A stretch of 64,000 bases of DNA from Escherichia coli 042 (GCF_000027125.1 NC_017626.1); one strand, 5' to 3'; numbered from the stretch's first letter, positions 28,917 through 44,547 are shown. The notes: a model not told the origin generated them from the sequence alone. Numbers and translations are program-made.

Positions 28917-29477
28917 TTAATCAGTAAACGGAATGACAATTTCGCCTGGCTTCACTTCAATGCCTTTCGCCAGTTTCTTCGCCATTGCTTCGCCCTGGCT
29001 GCCATCTTCGCGCAGGACGTAAGCTGGTTGCTGGTTAAAGTAATTGCGTAATGCCTGGTTCAAATAGGGGAGCAACGTTTGCATCACCGTTTGCATTTTT
29101 TCCGGTTGTACCGTCGCATCGACCACTTCCATCTCTTTCAGGAAGATCGCACCTTTTTCTTTATCAAACACGGGCAGCGCTTTCAGCTTCAGTTTCATGG
29201 TCGCTTTCTGGCTACCGAACAGGGAGTTCATGTCCAGATTGGCGTCTCCGGTTAGGGTAACCTTATTCGGCTCTTCGCGACCAATTTGGCTGGTCAGGTT
29301 TGTCAGAACAATATGGGCGTCAGCCACGCCGGGTAAACCGATATCTTTTGAGAAATTATTATGTTTCGCAAGCGACTGGTTAATTTCTTGTTCGGTGATG
29401 GTGTATTGGGTGAGTTGATTACAGCCAACGAGCAGGCCACTGACGATCAATGCAGCGGCAAATAAAAACTTGTTCAT
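28917..29477 (-). CDS. yceB: Lipoprotein YceB (DUF1439)
   Basis: Start trimmed to MNKFLFAAALIVSGLLVGC (186 aa, lipobox). Confidence 0.85.
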   Translation of the reverse strand: MNKFLFAAALIVSGLLVGCNQLTQYTITEQEINQSLAKHNNFSKDIGLPGVADAHIVLTNLTSQIGREEPNKVTLTGDANLDMNSLFGSQKATMKLKLKALPVFDKEKGAIFLKEMEVVDATVQPEKMQTVMQTLLPYLNQALRNYFNQQPAYVLREDGSQGEAMAKKLAKGIEVKPGEIVIPFTD

Positions 29478-29610
29478 GGTAGTCCTCGACATGAAATCTG
29501 CGTCAATATCCTGACACAACGCAGCATGTGTCACCAGCGATAAACGCGCCAGCAGAAAAAACTGAAAACGGCGGCAACCCGCGAATACAGGCTGCCGCGG
29601 CGGGTCAGGA

Positions 29611-30258
29611 TTAAATCGCCATTGATGATAACAAATTGATTTGTGTCTGTTTCGCCATATTATCGCGGTAATCAGCAACGCGGCTTGGCCAGTTGATTCC
29701 GGCTACCAGCGTCAGATTACGCAGGAGCGGAAATAGCTGAATATCATCTTCCGAAAGTTCGCCATTCACGGCGTTCGGTTTGACGATCAGTTTGTCCAGC
29801 GCACGTAAATCATCGCTGATATTCTTAATCAGACCGTCAGAGTGGGCCAGCAGGTCGGCAAAATTACCCGCGCTGGCCTCTTTCTTGTCGACGAAATATT
29901 TGCGCGCGGCGGGAGTAGAAAACTCATCAAATGCCGATTTGGCAAAACGCGGCAACAGCAGTTTGTTGGCGTAGCCATTGACCTTGCGCAGCCACTCTTC
30001 AATGGCAGGGGAACGTTTGCCGGTCAGTAACGGTTTGCCGTCGAGTTTATCGACATAGTGAACGATGTCCATGCTTTCTGGCATATAGCGGCTGTCATCT
30101 TTTTGCAGAATGGGAACCTGTTTTTGACCGACCATCCGGGTGGGTGTTTCTGCGTCGTCGTTGAGCAGAACATGTAATTCGACGGGGATATTTTTCAGGC
30201 CGAAAATCATGCGGGCTTTGAGGCAGTAAGGGCAGTGATCGTAAATGTATAGCTTCAC
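29611..30258 (-). CDS. grxB: Glutaredoxin 2
   Basis: 215 aa, CPYC active site. Confidence 0.92.
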   Translation of the reverse strand: MKLYIYDHCPYCLKARMIFGLKNIPVELHVLLNDDAETPTRMVGQKQVPILQKDDSRYMPESMDIVHYVDKLDGKPLLTGKRSPAIEEWLRKVNGYANKLLLPRFAKSAFDEFSTPAARKYFVDKKEASAGNFADLLAHSDGLIKNISDDLRALDKLIVKPNAVNGELSEDDIQLFPLLRNLTLVAGINWPSRVADYRDNMAKQTQINLLSSMAI

Positions 30259-30321
30259 GTGACTCCTCCATTTGGCTGTCAGTTCACTTTCAGTATGGAG
30301 GAGTCAGGGGGGAGTATCAAA

Positions 30322-31530
30322 TCAGGCGTCGCGTTCAAGCAAACGACGCGCGGCGCGTTTCTGGCTAAACTGCCAACCCAGCGCAAGGAAAGTGAAGATG
30401 CCAATAATGCCCAGCATCATCCACGGAAGCTCTGGCTGGTGCGCCGATTTGCCCAGGTCAAACAGCCAGCCGCCACCGATATAACCAATAGCGCCGCCAA
30501 TCGCCAGACCCAGACGGCTAAACCCCATATAGCTGCCGCGAGCTCTTGCGTCTGCCAGCGAAGCACTTAAGGTTTCACGCGCAGGCTCGGCAATGATCGA
30601 CCCGATATAAAACAGACAAATCAGGGTGAAAAGTTGTTGCAGGCCGCTGACCATGCCCACTGGCATCATGCTTAATGACATTATCAACAGCCCAGCCATC
30701 AACCGATGTTCCAGACGAAAATGCTTTTCACTCCAGCGGGCGATAGGATAGAGCAACGTTAACGACAGACACGCTTCAATGGCATACATCCATTTAACGG
30801 CAGAGGGCGCGCCCGCCACGTCGTTGACCATAATTGGCAGCATCAGCATCACTTGTACAGCCAGCATGTAGTAACCCGCCAGCGTCAGGACATAGGTGAC
30901 AAAACGCTTGTCGCGCATCACGCGGGTCATGCCTTCGCGAACGGGCGTGCGTACGGTGGAGAGTTTCCATGCCGGTAACAACCACGCATTGAACGCTGCA
31001 CACAGCACAAACAAAACTGCCCCTGTGGCGCAGACCAGGCGAAAGTCGTATTGCAACAGCCAGCTCCCCAACAATGCGCCAATGACCGCACCGGCACTGT
31101 CCTGCATCATCAACAGCGAGAAAAAACGACCACGCTGCTGTGGACGGATTAATTTCACCACCAGCGCCGAACGCGGCGGATCAAACAACGTGCCGCCGAG
31201 TCCCGAAAGCAGGCATGAAAACCACAGTAGCCACGGTTCGTGGGCGATACCCATTGTGGCGAATCCGGCGGCACGCATCAGCATACCGGTAACAATCATC
31301 GGTTTGGCACCAAAGCGGTCGGCAATTGCTCCGCCGAAAATACCCAGACCTTGCTGAATAAACTGGCGTAGGCCGAGGGCAATACCGACCATGACGGCGG
31401 CCCAGCCCATTTGATCAACGAAGCGGATAGAGATCAGCGGGAAGACAACAAAGAACCCCAGCACGACCAGCATATTATCGATGAGCAGGAAATATTTACC
31501 CAGGTTCCTCGCCTGCGACACGCGGGACAT
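30322..31530 (-). CDS. mdtH: MFS transporter MdtH
   Basis: Start at [14 protein letters not shown] (402 aa). Confidence 0.9.
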
Positions 31531-31765
31531 TTCCCCTCCCGGGAAATAAAAGATGAGCACTTTCTATTCTGCATTGCCGCTAAGACTTTTCCCATCACTT
31601 CGGGGACAATATTTTTTTATCAAAACGTCGCTTTGATAGAGAGTTTTTATCAAATATGTGAATAATGCAGAAAATGGCATTCTGGACTTTTCACAGGGTC
31701 TGGTTGCGCAGGTATAGTAATACTTACAGCGTATTAAAGACGTTACGGGAAGGAGTAGGTATAGA

Positions 31766-33008
<1,243 letters not shown>

Positions 33009-33009
33009 A

Positions 33010-33933
33010 GTGAAAAAATTACGTATCGGCGTAGTGGGATTAGGCGGCATTGCGCAAAAAGCGTGGTTACCGGTGCTGGCGGCAGCGTCTGACTGGATGT
33101 TACAAGGAGCCTGGTCGCCTACGCGCGCGAAAGCCCTGCCAATTTGTGAAAGCTGGCGCATTCCTTATGCCGATTCGTTATCCAGCCTTGCCGCCAGTTG
33201 CGATGCGGTTTTTGTGCATTCCAGCACCGCCAGCCACTTTGACGTGGTCAGTACGTTACTCAATGCGGGGGTACATGTCTGTGTCGATAAACCGCTGGCA
33301 GAAAATCTGCGCGATGCTGAACGGCTGGTGGAACTGGCGGCGCGGAAAAAACTGACGTTGATGGTCGGTTTTAACCGTCGTTTCGCACCACTCTACGGTG
33401 AGCTAAAAAAGCAACTCGCCACCGCAGCCTCGCTAAGAATGGATAAACATCGTAGCAATAGCGTCGGGCCACACGATCTTTATTTCACGTTGCTGGATGA
33501 TTATCTGCATGTGGTGGATACCGCGCTGTGGTTGTCGGGCGGCAAAGCCTCTCTGGATGGCGGTACGCTACTGACTAATGACGCTGGCGAAATGCTGTTT
33601 GCCGAGCACCATTTTTCGGCCGGTCCTTTGCAGATCACCACCTGTATGCATCGCCGTGCCGGAAGTCAGCGTGAAACCGTGCAGGCCGTGACTGACGGTG
33701 CGCTCATCGACATTACGGATATGCGCGAATGGCGTGAGGAGCGTGGGCAGGGTGTAGTGAATAAACCGATTCCTGGTTGGCAGAGTACGCTTGAGCAACG
33801 TGGATTTGTCGGCTGTGCGCGGCACTTCATTGAATGCGTGCAAAATCAGACAGTTCCGCAAACCGCCGGCGAACAGGCAGTGCTGGCGCAACGTATCGTT
33901 GACAAGATCTGGCGCGATGCGATGAGTGAATAA
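33010..33933 (+). CDS. yceM: Gfo/Idh/MocA-family oxidoreductase YceM (MviM)
   Basis: GTG start at 33010 (VKKLRIGVVGLGGIAQKAW, Rossmann motif); abuts the yceH stop. Confidence 0.85.
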   Translation: MKKLRIGVVGLGGIAQKAWLPVLAAASDWMLQGAWSPTRAKALPICESWRIPYADSLSSLAASCDAVFVHSSTASHFDVVSTLLNAGVHVCVDKPLAENLRDAERLVELAARKKLTLMVGFNRRFAPLYGELKKQLATAASLRMDKHRSNSVGPHDLYFTLLDDYLHVVDTALWLSGGKASLDGGTLLTNDAGEMLFAEHHFSAGPLQITTCMHRRAGSQRETVQAVTDGALIDITDMREWREERGQGVVNKPIPGWQSTLEQRGFVGCARHFIECVQNQTVPQTAGEQAVLAQRIVDKIWRDAMSE

Positions 33934-33955
33934 ACCCTGTAACATCTGGCGGTAG

Positions 33956-35578
<1,623 letters not shown>

Positions 35579-35617
35579 CAATGTATTCCGGCCTGCAGTG
35601 CAGGCCGGAGATAATCT

Positions 35618-36034
35618 TCAGATCGAAATCTTTTTACTGCCGCGATGGGTTGTTGAGGTCTGACCGTTCGCTCCATATAGCGTCGGTTCCTGATGCGGTT
35701 TCAACATTTCCAGCGCCTGTTGATTGCGCTCAATCTGTCCTTCCAGTAACCAGCCGTTATGTTGATTCATTTGGCGTAGTTGCTGCGTTTTCACAGTAAT
35801 TTCCTGCCAGCGTTGACTAATATCAACGCTATTTGCTGCATTGGGTTCTTTCCTGCGTAACTGTTCGAGGTAATCCAGCGTCGCCAGCAGAGAGCTTTTT
35901 TGTTCTGTAATCCATTGCAACTGGCTGCCGTTGATCTGCCCCATAGAGAGATGTTGCTGCTCTTGATCCATTACCGTTTTGAGATCGTTAAGCACAGCGG
36001 ACATCTGGTCGAGGATCTCTGCAAGACGCGTCAT
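35618..36034 (-). CDS. flgN: Flagellar export chaperone FlgN
   Basis: 138 aa. Confidence 0.92.
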   Translation of the reverse strand: MTRLAEILDQMSAVLNDLKTVMDQEQQHLSMGQINGSQLQWITEQKSSLLATLDYLEQLRRKEPNAANSVDISQRWQEITVKTQQLRQMNQHNGWLLEGQIERNQQALEMLKPHQEPTLYGANGQTSTTHRGSKKISI

Positions 36035-36038
36035 ACGA

Positions 36039-36332
36039 TCAGTTACTCTGCAAGTCTTGCTGCGCTTCGTTGATCAGCGCATCGGCAATTTTGCCGGTGT
36101 CCATTTTTAGTTCACCGTTACGAATCGCCAGTTTTAACGCTTCGACACGTTCAAGATTGATATCACTGCTGCCGGGTTGCATCAGTTTTGCTTGCGCGTC
36201 GCTTAACGTCACACTGGTGCTGGTGGAGGCGGTTGTTTTTGCCGCCCGGGTGTTCGTTACCGGCGCGTCAGTGTTTTCGCGCGGTTGAACGGTGCTTACG
36301 GGCTTCAGAGGCGAAGTGCGATCAATACTCAT
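36039..36332 (-). CDS. flgM: Anti-sigma-28 factor FlgM
   Basis: 97 aa. Confidence 0.92.
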   Translation of the reverse strand: MSIDRTSPLKPVSTVQPRENTDAPVTNTRAAKTTASTSTSVTLSDAQAKLMQPGSSDINLERVEALKLAIRNGELKMDTGKIADALINEAQQDLQSN

Positions 36333-36407
36333 GGTTTATTCCTCATTGAGGGCGCTTTTATCATGTGTTGCTTATTTATCGGCAAGGGACGGGTAATCTT
36401 TAACAGC

Positions 36408-37067
36408 TTACAGGTTTATAAGAATATTCCCATCTGCATCAACAACGCCGCTGACCACCTGTCCCGATACCATGCGCACCCGCGCATTCTGTGCGACGGC
36501 TGCATTGTTCAGCGCCTGACCTTCTGCGTTGGCGCTAAACCCATCACCACTGGCGATCACGTTGACGCGTTGTCCCGCTTTTACCCGCCATGCCTGGCGA
36601 AACTGGGTTAACTGGATAGGTTGATCGGGTGATAGATCGCGCAGGCTAACGGCATCAACAAGTTGATTGATATCCAGCACCGTACGCGGTGGCAAGGTGT
36701 CCAGCCGTCCGCGTTTCAGTTTGACATTGCCAGCTTCCAGCTTTCCTCCCCGCACAATGGGCATTGCGGCAACCACATAATTTCCTGTGGCCTGCACATT
36801 AACCTGTAAATATCGTTTGTCGTTACCGCAGCGTGCCAACACATTCACATTGCCCCACAGGCGGGAATTATTGCTCATCGAAAGCAATGGCTGCTCGCAC
36901 GGCGGTAGTAGATTGGGCGCTGTACGAATAGAAACACGAACCTCATCACTTACCCCCGCGAGCTGGGCGCTAAAAAAGGTGTGCAATTGCGATGTGAGAT
37001 TGCTCGCCGCACTTAACGGACTGAACAGTATCGCGATGATCGCCACGCTACGTTTTATTGCCAGCAT
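36408..37067 (-). CDS. flgA: Flagellar P-ring assembly chaperone FlgA
   Basis: Start trimmed to MLAIKRSVAIIAILFSPLSAA (219 aa). Confidence 0.9.
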   Translation of the reverse strand: MLAIKRSVAIIAILFSPLSAASNLTSQLHTFFSAQLAGVSDEVRVSIRTAPNLLPPCEQPLLSMSNNSRLWGNVNVLARCGNDKRYLQVNVQATGNYVVAAMPIVRGGKLEAGNVKLKRGRLDTLPPRTVLDINQLVDAVSLRDLSPDQPIQLTQFRQAWRVKAGQRVNVIASGDGFSANAEGQALNNAAVAQNARVRMVSGQVVSGVVDADGNILINL

Positions 37068-37222
37068 TTTCGCCCCCCAGCCATATCTACAACGTGAATT
37101 GTACCTGTCCGCAATGACCATCAACGGCATAAATAGCGACCCATTTTGCGTTTATTCCGCCGATAACGCGCGCGTAAAGGCATTTAAGCTGATGGCAGAA
37201 TTTTGATACCTGCGGAGGAGAT
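37068..37222. promoter_or_regulatory. Divergent flgAMN / flgB-operon class 2 flagellar promoter region
   Basis: Intergenic region between divergent flagellar operons; FlhDC-dependent promoters are expected from established knowledge, motifs not individually resolved. Confidence 0.5.
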
Positions 37223-37639
37223 ATGCTCGATAAGCTCGACGCCGCCTTACGTTTTCAACAAGAGGCGCTCAATCTGCGCGCCCAGCGTCAGGAAGTGCTG
37301 GCAGCAAACATCGCCAATGCCGATACCCCTGGTTATCAGGCGCGCGATATCGATTTTGCCAGTGAACTTAAAAAAGTCATGCAACGTGGACGGGATGCAA
37401 CAAGCGTGGTTGCACTGACGATGACCTCAACGCAACACATTCCGGCGCAGGCGCTGACACCTCCTACCGCAGAACTGCAATACCGTATTCCGGACCAGCC
37501 TTCGCTTGACGGTAATACCGTCGATATGGATCGCGAACGCACCCAGTTTGCCGATAACAGCCTGCAATACCAGATGAGCCTTAGCGCGTTGAGCGGGCAA
37601 ATCAAAGGCATGATGAACGTTTTACAGAGCGGAAATTAA
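37223..37639 (+). CDS. flgB: Flagellar proximal rod protein FlgB
   Basis: 138 aa. Confidence 0.93.
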
Positions 37640-37642
37640 CGG

Positions 37643-38047
37643 ATGGCACTGCTGAATATTTTTGATATCGCCGGGTCGGCGTTAACTGCTCAGTCCCAGC
37701 GCCTGAACGTGGCGGCCAGTAATCTGGCGAATGCTGATAGCGTGACCGGTCCCGATGGACAGCCATATCGGGCAAAACAGGTGGTATTTCAGGTTAACGC
37801 TGCGCCAGGTGCTGCGACAGGCGGCGTAAAAGTTGCCGATGTTATAGAAAGTCAGGCCCCGGACAAACTGGTTTATGAACCGGGTAATCCGCTGGCGGAT
37901 GCAAAGGGCTACGTGAAAATGCCAAACGTTGATGTCGTCGGGGAGATGGTTAACACCATGTCGGCGTCACGCAGCTATCAGGCCAATGTTGAAGTGCTCA
38001 ACACGGTGAAAAGCATGATGCTGAAAACCCTTACGCTCGGTCAATAA
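37643..38047 (+). CDS. flgC: Flagellar proximal rod protein FlgC
   Basis: 134 aa. Confidence 0.93.
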
Positions 38048-38058
38048 AGGAGAAAGCT

Positions 38059-38754
38059 ATGTCCATTGCGGTAACCACCACCGATCCGACAAATACCGGC
38101 GTCAGCACCACCAGTAGTAGTTCGCTCACGGGCAGCAACGCCGCAGATTTACAAAGCAGTTTTCTGACTTTGTTGGTGGCGCAGCTGAAAAACCAGGACC
38201 CGACCAATCCAATGGAAAACAACGAGCTGACGTCGCAACTGGCACAAATCAGCACGGTCAGCGGGATTGAAAAACTCAATACCACGCTCGGATCTATTTC
38301 CGGACAGATTGATAACAGCCAGTCGTTACAGGCCAGTAACCTGATCGGTCACGGCGTGATGATCCCCGGCACCACTGTTCTTGCGGGAACAGGCAGTGAA
38401 GAAGGGGCTGTGACCACGACCACGCCGTTTGGTGTTGAGCTGCAACAGGCGGCAGACAAAGTGACGGCCACCATCACCGATAAAAACGGTGCGGTTGTCC
38501 GTACCATTGATATCGGTGAACTGACTGCCGGAGTCCACAGTTTCACCTGGGACGGTACGTTGACTGACGGCAGCACTGCGCCGAACGGTTCTTACAATGT
38601 AGCGATTAGCGCCAGTAACGGTGGTACACAACTGGTTGCCCAGCCGCTGCAGTTTGCTCTGGTGCAGGGTGTGATCCGCGGCAACAACGGTAATACGCTG
38701 GATCTCGGCACTTACGGCACCACCACCCTCGACGAAGTACGGCAGATAATTTAA
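38059..38754 (+). CDS. flgD: Flagellar hook cap protein FlgD
   Basis: 231 aa. Confidence 0.93.
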   Translation: MSIAVTTTDPTNTGVSTTSSSSLTGSNAADLQSSFLTLLVAQLKNQDPTNPMENNELTSQLAQISTVSGIEKLNTTLGSISGQIDNSQSLQASNLIGHGVMIPGTTVLAGTGSEEGAVTTTTPFGVELQQAADKVTATITDKNGAVVRTIDIGELTAGVHSFTWDGTLTDGSTAPNGSYNVAISASNGGTQLVAQPLQFALVQGVIRGNNGNTLDLGTYGTTTLDEVRQII

Positions 38755-38778
38755 GCCTTCACATTTCAGGAGTCAGTC

Positions 38779-39987
38779 ATGGCCTTTTCTCAAGCGGTTA
38801 GCGGATTAAACGCTGCCGCCACCAACCTCGATGTTATTGGCAACAATATCGCCAACTCCGCCACCTACGGCTTTAAATCAGGCACGGCCTCTTTTGCCGA
38901 TATGTTTGCCGGTTCGAAAGTGGGACTGGGGGTAAAAGTTGCCGGTATCACTCAGGACTTTACCGATGGCACGACCACCAACACCGGGCGAGGTCTGGAC
39001 GTTGCTATCAGCCAGAACGGTTTTTTCCGTCTGGTGGACAGCAACGGTTCGGTGTTCTACAGCCGTAACGGACAATTTAAGCTGGATGAAAACCGTAACC
39101 TGGTGAATATGCAAGGTTTACAGCTGACGGGTTACCCGGCAACCGGTACGCCGCCGACTATTCAGCAAGGGGCGAATCCGACCAATATTTCGATCCCGAA
39201 TACCCTGATGGCAGCGAAAGCTACCACCACGGCGTCGATGCAGATCAACCTGAATTCCAGTGATCCGCTTCCTACTGTTACGCCATTCAGCGCCAGCAAT
39301 GCGGATAGCTATAACAAAAAAGGTTCGGTGACTGTTTTCGACAGTCAGGGTAATGCTCATGACATGAGCGTGTACTTTGTGAAGACCGGGGATAATAACT
39401 GGCAGGTCTACACCCAGGATAGCAGTGATCCAAACAGCATTGCGAAGACAGCGACAACACTGGAATTTAATGCTAATGGCACATTAGTGGATGGTGCGAT
39501 GGCGAATAATATCGCAACCGGCGCAATTAACGGCGCAGACCCCGCCACGTTTAGCCTGAGCTTCCTCAACTCCATGCAGCAAAATACCGGCGCTAACAAC
39601 ATTGTGGCAACCACCCAGAACGGCTATAAACCGGGCGATCTGGTGAGTTATCAAATCAATGATGACGGTACGGTTGTCGGCAACTATTCCAACGAACAAA
39701 CCCAACTGCTGGGGCAGATTGTACTGGCGAACTTTGCCAACAACGAAGGTCTGGCATCCGAAGGCGACAACGTCTGGTCCGCTACGCAATCTTCTGGCGT
39801 GGCGCTGTTAGGGACAGCCGGGACGGGCAACTTTGGCACCCTGACCAACGGTGCGCTGGAAGCGTCCAACGTCGATCTCAGTAAAGAACTGGTCAATATG
39901 ATCGTTGCCCAGCGTAACTATCAGTCTAACGCCCAGACCATCAAAACCCAGGACCAGATCCTCAACACGCTGGTTAACTTACGCTAA
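38779..39987 (+). CDS. flgE: Flagellar hook protein FlgE
   Basis: 402 aa. Confidence 0.93.
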   Translation: MAFSQAVSGLNAAATNLDVIGNNIANSATYGFKSGTASFADMFAGSKVGLGVKVAGITQDFTDGTTTNTGRGLDVAISQNGFFRLVDSNGSVFYSRNGQFKLDENRNLVNMQGLQLTGYPATGTPPTIQQGANPTNISIPNTLMAAKATTTASMQINLNSSDPLPTVTPFSASNADSYNKKGSVTVFDSQGNAHDMSVYFVKTGDNNWQVYTQDSSDPNSIAKTATTLEFNANGTLVDGAMANNIATGAINGADPATFSLSFLNSMQQNTGANNIVATTQNGYKPGDLVSYQINDDGTVVGNYSNEQTQLLGQIVLANFANNEGLASEGDNVWSATQSSGVALLGTAGTGNFGTLTNGALEASNVDLSKELVNMIVAQRNYQSNAQTIKTQDQILNTLVNLR

Positions 39988-40006
39988 TCGCTGACGGGAT
40001 AGCTCA

Positions 40007-40762
40007 ATGGATCACGCAATTTATACCGCGATGGGAGCAGCCAGCCAGACGCTGAATCAACAGGCGGTAACTGCCAGTAATCTGGCCAATGCCTCAACGC
40101 CCGGTTTTCGCGCGCAGTTAAACGCCTTGCGCGCAGTGCCGGTGGAAGGGCTTTCACTGCCTACGCGCACGCTGGTAACGGCGTCAACGCCGGGTGCAGA
40201 CATGACGCCCGGCAAGATGGATTACACCTCGCGCCCGCTGGACGTTGCGTTGCAGCAGGATGGCTGGCTGGCCGTGCAGACCGCTGACGGTAGCGAAGGG
40301 TATACGCGTAATGGCAGCATTCAGGTTGATCCCACCGGGCAACTGATAATTCAGGGGCATCCGGTGATAGGCGAGGCGGGGCCAATTGCTGTGCCGGAAG
40401 GGGCGGAAATCACTATTGCTGCCGATGGCACAATCTCGGCGCTGAATCCGGGCGATCCGGCAAATACGGTTGCGCCAGTGGGGCGTCTGAAACTGGTGAA
40501 AGCCACGGGCAGCGAAGTGCAGCGCGGTGACGACGGCATTTTTCGTTTAAGCGCGGAAAGCCAGGCCACGCGTGGGCCGGTACTGCAGGCAGATCCAACC
40601 TTGCGTGTGATGTCGGGAGTTCTGGAAGGCAGTAACGTCAATGCCGTTGCGGCAATGAGCGACATGATTGCCAGCGCGCGGCGTTTTGAAATGCAGATGA
40701 AGGTGATCAGCAGCGTCGATGATAACGCAGGCCGTGCCAACCAACTGCTGTCGATGAGTTAA
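40007..40762 (+). CDS. flgF: Flagellar proximal rod protein FlgF
   Basis: 251 aa. Confidence 0.93.
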   Translation: MDHAIYTAMGAASQTLNQQAVTASNLANASTPGFRAQLNALRAVPVEGLSLPTRTLVTASTPGADMTPGKMDYTSRPLDVALQQDGWLAVQTADGSEGYTRNGSIQVDPTGQLIIQGHPVIGEAGPIAVPEGAEITIAADGTISALNPGDPANTVAPVGRLKLVKATGSEVQRGDDGIFRLSAESQATRGPVLQADPTLRVMSGVLEGSNVNAVAAMSDMIASARRFEMQMKVISSVDDNAGRANQLLSMS

Positions 40763-40880
40763 TTGAACGATTGATGACATTGCAATAAAAGCGCGCGGAC
40801 TATTCTCTCGCCTATTTTGGGAGAGGTTAGGGTGAGGGGAAATTCGCACCGTCGCGTGCTTCTGCTTTGCTTGTCACTAA

Positions 40881-41681
<801 letters not shown>

Positions 41682-41733
41682 GGCATAACCGGTGGCAGAT
41701 TCACCGGTTTACTGATTTTTGAAGATAATAGCC

Positions 41734-42432
41734 ATGCAAAAAAACGCTGCGCATACTTATGCCATTTCCAGCTTGTTGGTGCTTTCACTAACCGGCTGCG
41801 CCTGGATACCCTCCACGCCGCTGGTACAGGGGGCGACTAGTGCACAACCGGTTCCCGGTCCGACGCCCGTCGCCAACGGTTCTATTTTCCAGTCTGCTCA
41901 GCCGATTAACTATGGCTATCAACCGCTGTTTGAAGATCGTCGACCACGCAATATTGGCGATACGCTGACCATCGTGTTGCAGGAGAACGTCAGCGCCAGC
42001 AAAAGCTCCTCTGCGAATGCCAGCCGTGACGGTAAAACTAATTTTGGCTTTGATACTGTGCCGCGCTATTTGCAGGGGCTGTTTGGTAACGCTCGTGCCG
42101 ATGTCGAAGCCTCCGGTGGTAACACGTTCAACGGAAAAGGCGGGGCCAATGCCAGCAATACCTTTAGCGGCACGTTGACGGTGACGGTTGACCAGGTACT
42201 GGCCAACGGCAACCTGCATGTGGTGGGTGAAAAACAGATCGCCATTAATCAGGGTACCGAATTTATTCGCTTCTCTGGCGTGGTTAATCCTCGCACCATC
42301 AGCGGCAGCAATACCGTACCGTCTACTCAGGTGGCGGATGCACGTATTGAATACGTAGGCAATGGCTACATTAACGAAGCGCAAAATATGGGCTGGTTGC
42401 AGCGTTTCTTCCTTAACCTGTCGCCAATGTAA
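41734..42432 (+). CDS. flgH: Flagellar L-ring lipoprotein FlgH
   Basis: Start at [22 protein letters not shown] (232 aa). Confidence 0.92.
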   Translation: MQKNAAHTYAISSLLVLSLTGCAWIPSTPLVQGATSAQPVPGPTPVANGSIFQSAQPINYGYQPLFEDRRPRNIGDTLTIVLQENVSASKSSSANASRDGKTNFGFDTVPRYLQGLFGNARADVEASGGNTFNGKGGANASNTFSGTLTVTVDQVLANGNLHVVGEKQIAINQGTEFIRFSGVVNPRTISGSNTVPSTQVADARIEYVGNGYINEAQNMGWLQRFFLNLSPM

Positions 42433-42443
42433 GTGAGGCTGTG

Positions 42444-43541
42444 GTGATTAAATTTCTCTCTGCATTAATTCTTCTACTGGTTACCACGGTGGCTCAGGCT
42501 GAGCGTATTCGCGATCTCACCAGTGTTCAGGGGGTAAGGCAAAACTCACTGATTGGCTATGGCCTGGTGGTGGGGCTTGATGGTACAGGTGACCAGACAA
42601 CTCAGACGCCGTTTACCACACAAACGCTTAATAACATGCTCTCACAGCTGGGAATTACCGTTCCGACGGGCACTAATATGCAGCTAAAAAACGTCGCTGC
42701 GGTTATGGTGACAGCGTCACTTCCACCGTTTGGACGTCAGGGGCAAACCATCGATGTGGTCGTTTCTTCCATGGGTAATGCCAAAAGCTTGCGTGGAGGT
42801 ACGTTGTTGATGACACCGCTTAAGGGCGTTGACAGTCAGGTGTATGCGTTGGCGCAGGGCAATATTCTGGTTGGCGGCGCAGGAGCCTCCGCTGGCGGTA
42901 GCAGTGTTCAGGTGAACCAACTGAACGGTGGACGGATCACCAATGGTGCGGTTATTGAACGTGAATTGCCCAGCCAGTTTGGCGTCGGGAATACCCTTAA
43001 TTTGCAACTTAACGACGAAGATTTCAGCATGGCGCAGCAAATCGCTGACACCATCAACCGAGTGCGTGGATATGGCAGCGCCACCGCGTTGGATGCGCGG
43101 ACTATTCAGGTGCGCGTACCAAGTGGCAACAGTTCCCAGGTCCGTTTCCTTGCAGATATCCAGAATATGCAGGTTAATGTCACCCCGCAGGACGCTAAAG
43201 TAGTGATTAACTCGCGCACCGGTTCGGTGGTGATGAATCGTGAAGTGACCCTCGACAGCTGCGCGGTAGCGCAGGGGAATCTCTCAGTTACAGTTAATCG
43301 TCAGGCCAATGTCAGCCAGCCAGATACACCGTTTGGTGGCGGGCAGACTGTGGTTACTCCACAAACGCAGATCGATTTACGCCAGAGCGGCGGTTCGCTG
43401 CAAAGCGTACGTTCCAGCGCCAGCCTCAATAACGTGGTGCGTGCGCTCAATGCGCTGGGCGCTACGCCGATGGATCTGATGTCCATACTGCAATCAATGC
43501 AAAGTGCGGGATGTCTGCGGGCAAAACTGGAAATCATCTGA
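42444..43541 (+). CDS. flgI: Flagellar P-ring protein FlgI
   Basis: GTG start, 365 aa with signal peptide. Confidence 0.92.
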   Translation: MIKFLSALILLLVTTVAQAERIRDLTSVQGVRQNSLIGYGLVVGLDGTGDQTTQTPFTTQTLNNMLSQLGITVPTGTNMQLKNVAAVMVTASLPPFGRQGQTIDVVVSSMGNAKSLRGGTLLMTPLKGVDSQVYALAQGNILVGGAGASAGGSSVQVNQLNGGRITNGAVIERELPSQFGVGNTLNLQLNDEDFSMAQQIADTINRVRGYGSATALDARTIQVRVPSGNSSQVRFLADIQNMQVNVTPQDAKVVINSRTGSVVMNREVTLDSCAVAQGNLSVTVNRQANVSQPDTPFGGGQTVVTPQTQIDLRQSGGSLQSVRSSASLNNVVRALNALGATPMDLMSILQSMQSAGCLRAKLEII

Positions 43542-44482
43542 TGATCAGCGACAGCAAACTACTGGCAAGTGCGGCCTGGGATGCACAATCGCTCAACGAA
43601 CTTAAGGCGAAAGCGGGCGAAGATCCGGCGGCAAATATCCGTCCGGTGGCCCGCCAGGTGGAAGGGATGTTCGTGCAGATGATGTTGAAAAGCATGCGCG
43701 ACGCTTTACCAAAAGATGGCCTGTTCAGCAGCGAGCACACTCGCCTGTATACCAGTATGTATGACCAGCAGATTGCCCAACAGATGACGGCGGGCAAAGG
43801 TCTGGGGCTTGCAGAGATGATGGTTAAACAGATGACGCCAGAACAACCATTGCCAGAGGAGCCCACGCCAGCAGCACCGATGAAATTCCCGCTCGAAACT
43901 GTGGTGCGTTATCAAAATCAGACGCTTTCGCAGCTGGTGCAAAAGGCCGTACCACGTAACTACGATGATTCGCTGCCGGGTGACAGTAAAGCATTCCTCG
44001 CGCAACTCTCGTTGCCCGCCCAACTGGCAAGCCAGCAAAGCGGTGTGCCACATCATTTGATCCTCGCTCAGGCGGCGCTGGAATCTGGCTGGGGACAACG
44101 GCAAATCCGCCGTGAAAACGGCGAGCCGAGCTATAACCTGTTTGGCGTCAAAGCCTCTGGCAACTGGAAAGGGCCAGTCACTGAAATCACCACGACTGAA
44201 TATGAAAATGGCGAAGCGAAGAAAGTAAAAGCGAAGTTTCGGGTCTACAGCTCGTATCTGGAAGCATTGTCGGATTACGTTGGGCTGTTAACGCGTAACC
44301 CGCGCTACGCCGCCGTGACGACCGCCGCGAGTGCGGAGCAGGGGGCGCAGGCCCTACAGGACGCGGGCTATGCCACCGATCCTCACTATGCCCGCAAACT
44401 CACCAGCATGATTCAGCAGATGAAATCGATAAGCGACAAGGTGAGCAAAACTTACAGCATGAACATTGATAATCTGTTCTGA
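43541..44482 (+). CDS. flgJ: Flagellar rod-assembly protein / peptidoglycan hydrolase FlgJ
   Basis: Start at MISDSKLL overlapping the flgI stop by 1 bp (313 aa). Confidence 0.92.
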   Translation: MISDSKLLASAAWDAQSLNELKAKAGEDPAANIRPVARQVEGMFVQMMLKSMRDALPKDGLFSSEHTRLYTSMYDQQIAQQMTAGKGLGLAEMMVKQMTPEQPLPEEPTPAAPMKFPLETVVRYQNQTLSQLVQKAVPRNYDDSLPGDSKAFLAQLSLPAQLASQQSGVPHHLILAQAALESGWGQRQIRRENGEPSYNLFGVKASGNWKGPVTEITTTEYENGEAKKVKAKFRVYSSYLEALSDYVGLLTRNPRYAAVTTAASAEQGAQALQDAGYATDPHYARKLTSMIQQMKSISDKVSKTYSMNIDNLF

Positions 44483-44547
44483 ATAACTCAAGTCCGGCGG
44501 GTCGCTGCCGATAATACTCTGTAATTGAAGGCTTATAAGGAACCTCC

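Noticed and set aside
28917-29678. 253-aa ORF-track version of yceB
   Set aside because: The upstream extension overlaps the grxB 3' end; the real start is at the lipoprotein signal peptide MNKFLF (29477).
36787-37206. 139-aa plus-strand ORF
   Set aside because: Antisense to flgA and its promoter region; not conserved-looking.
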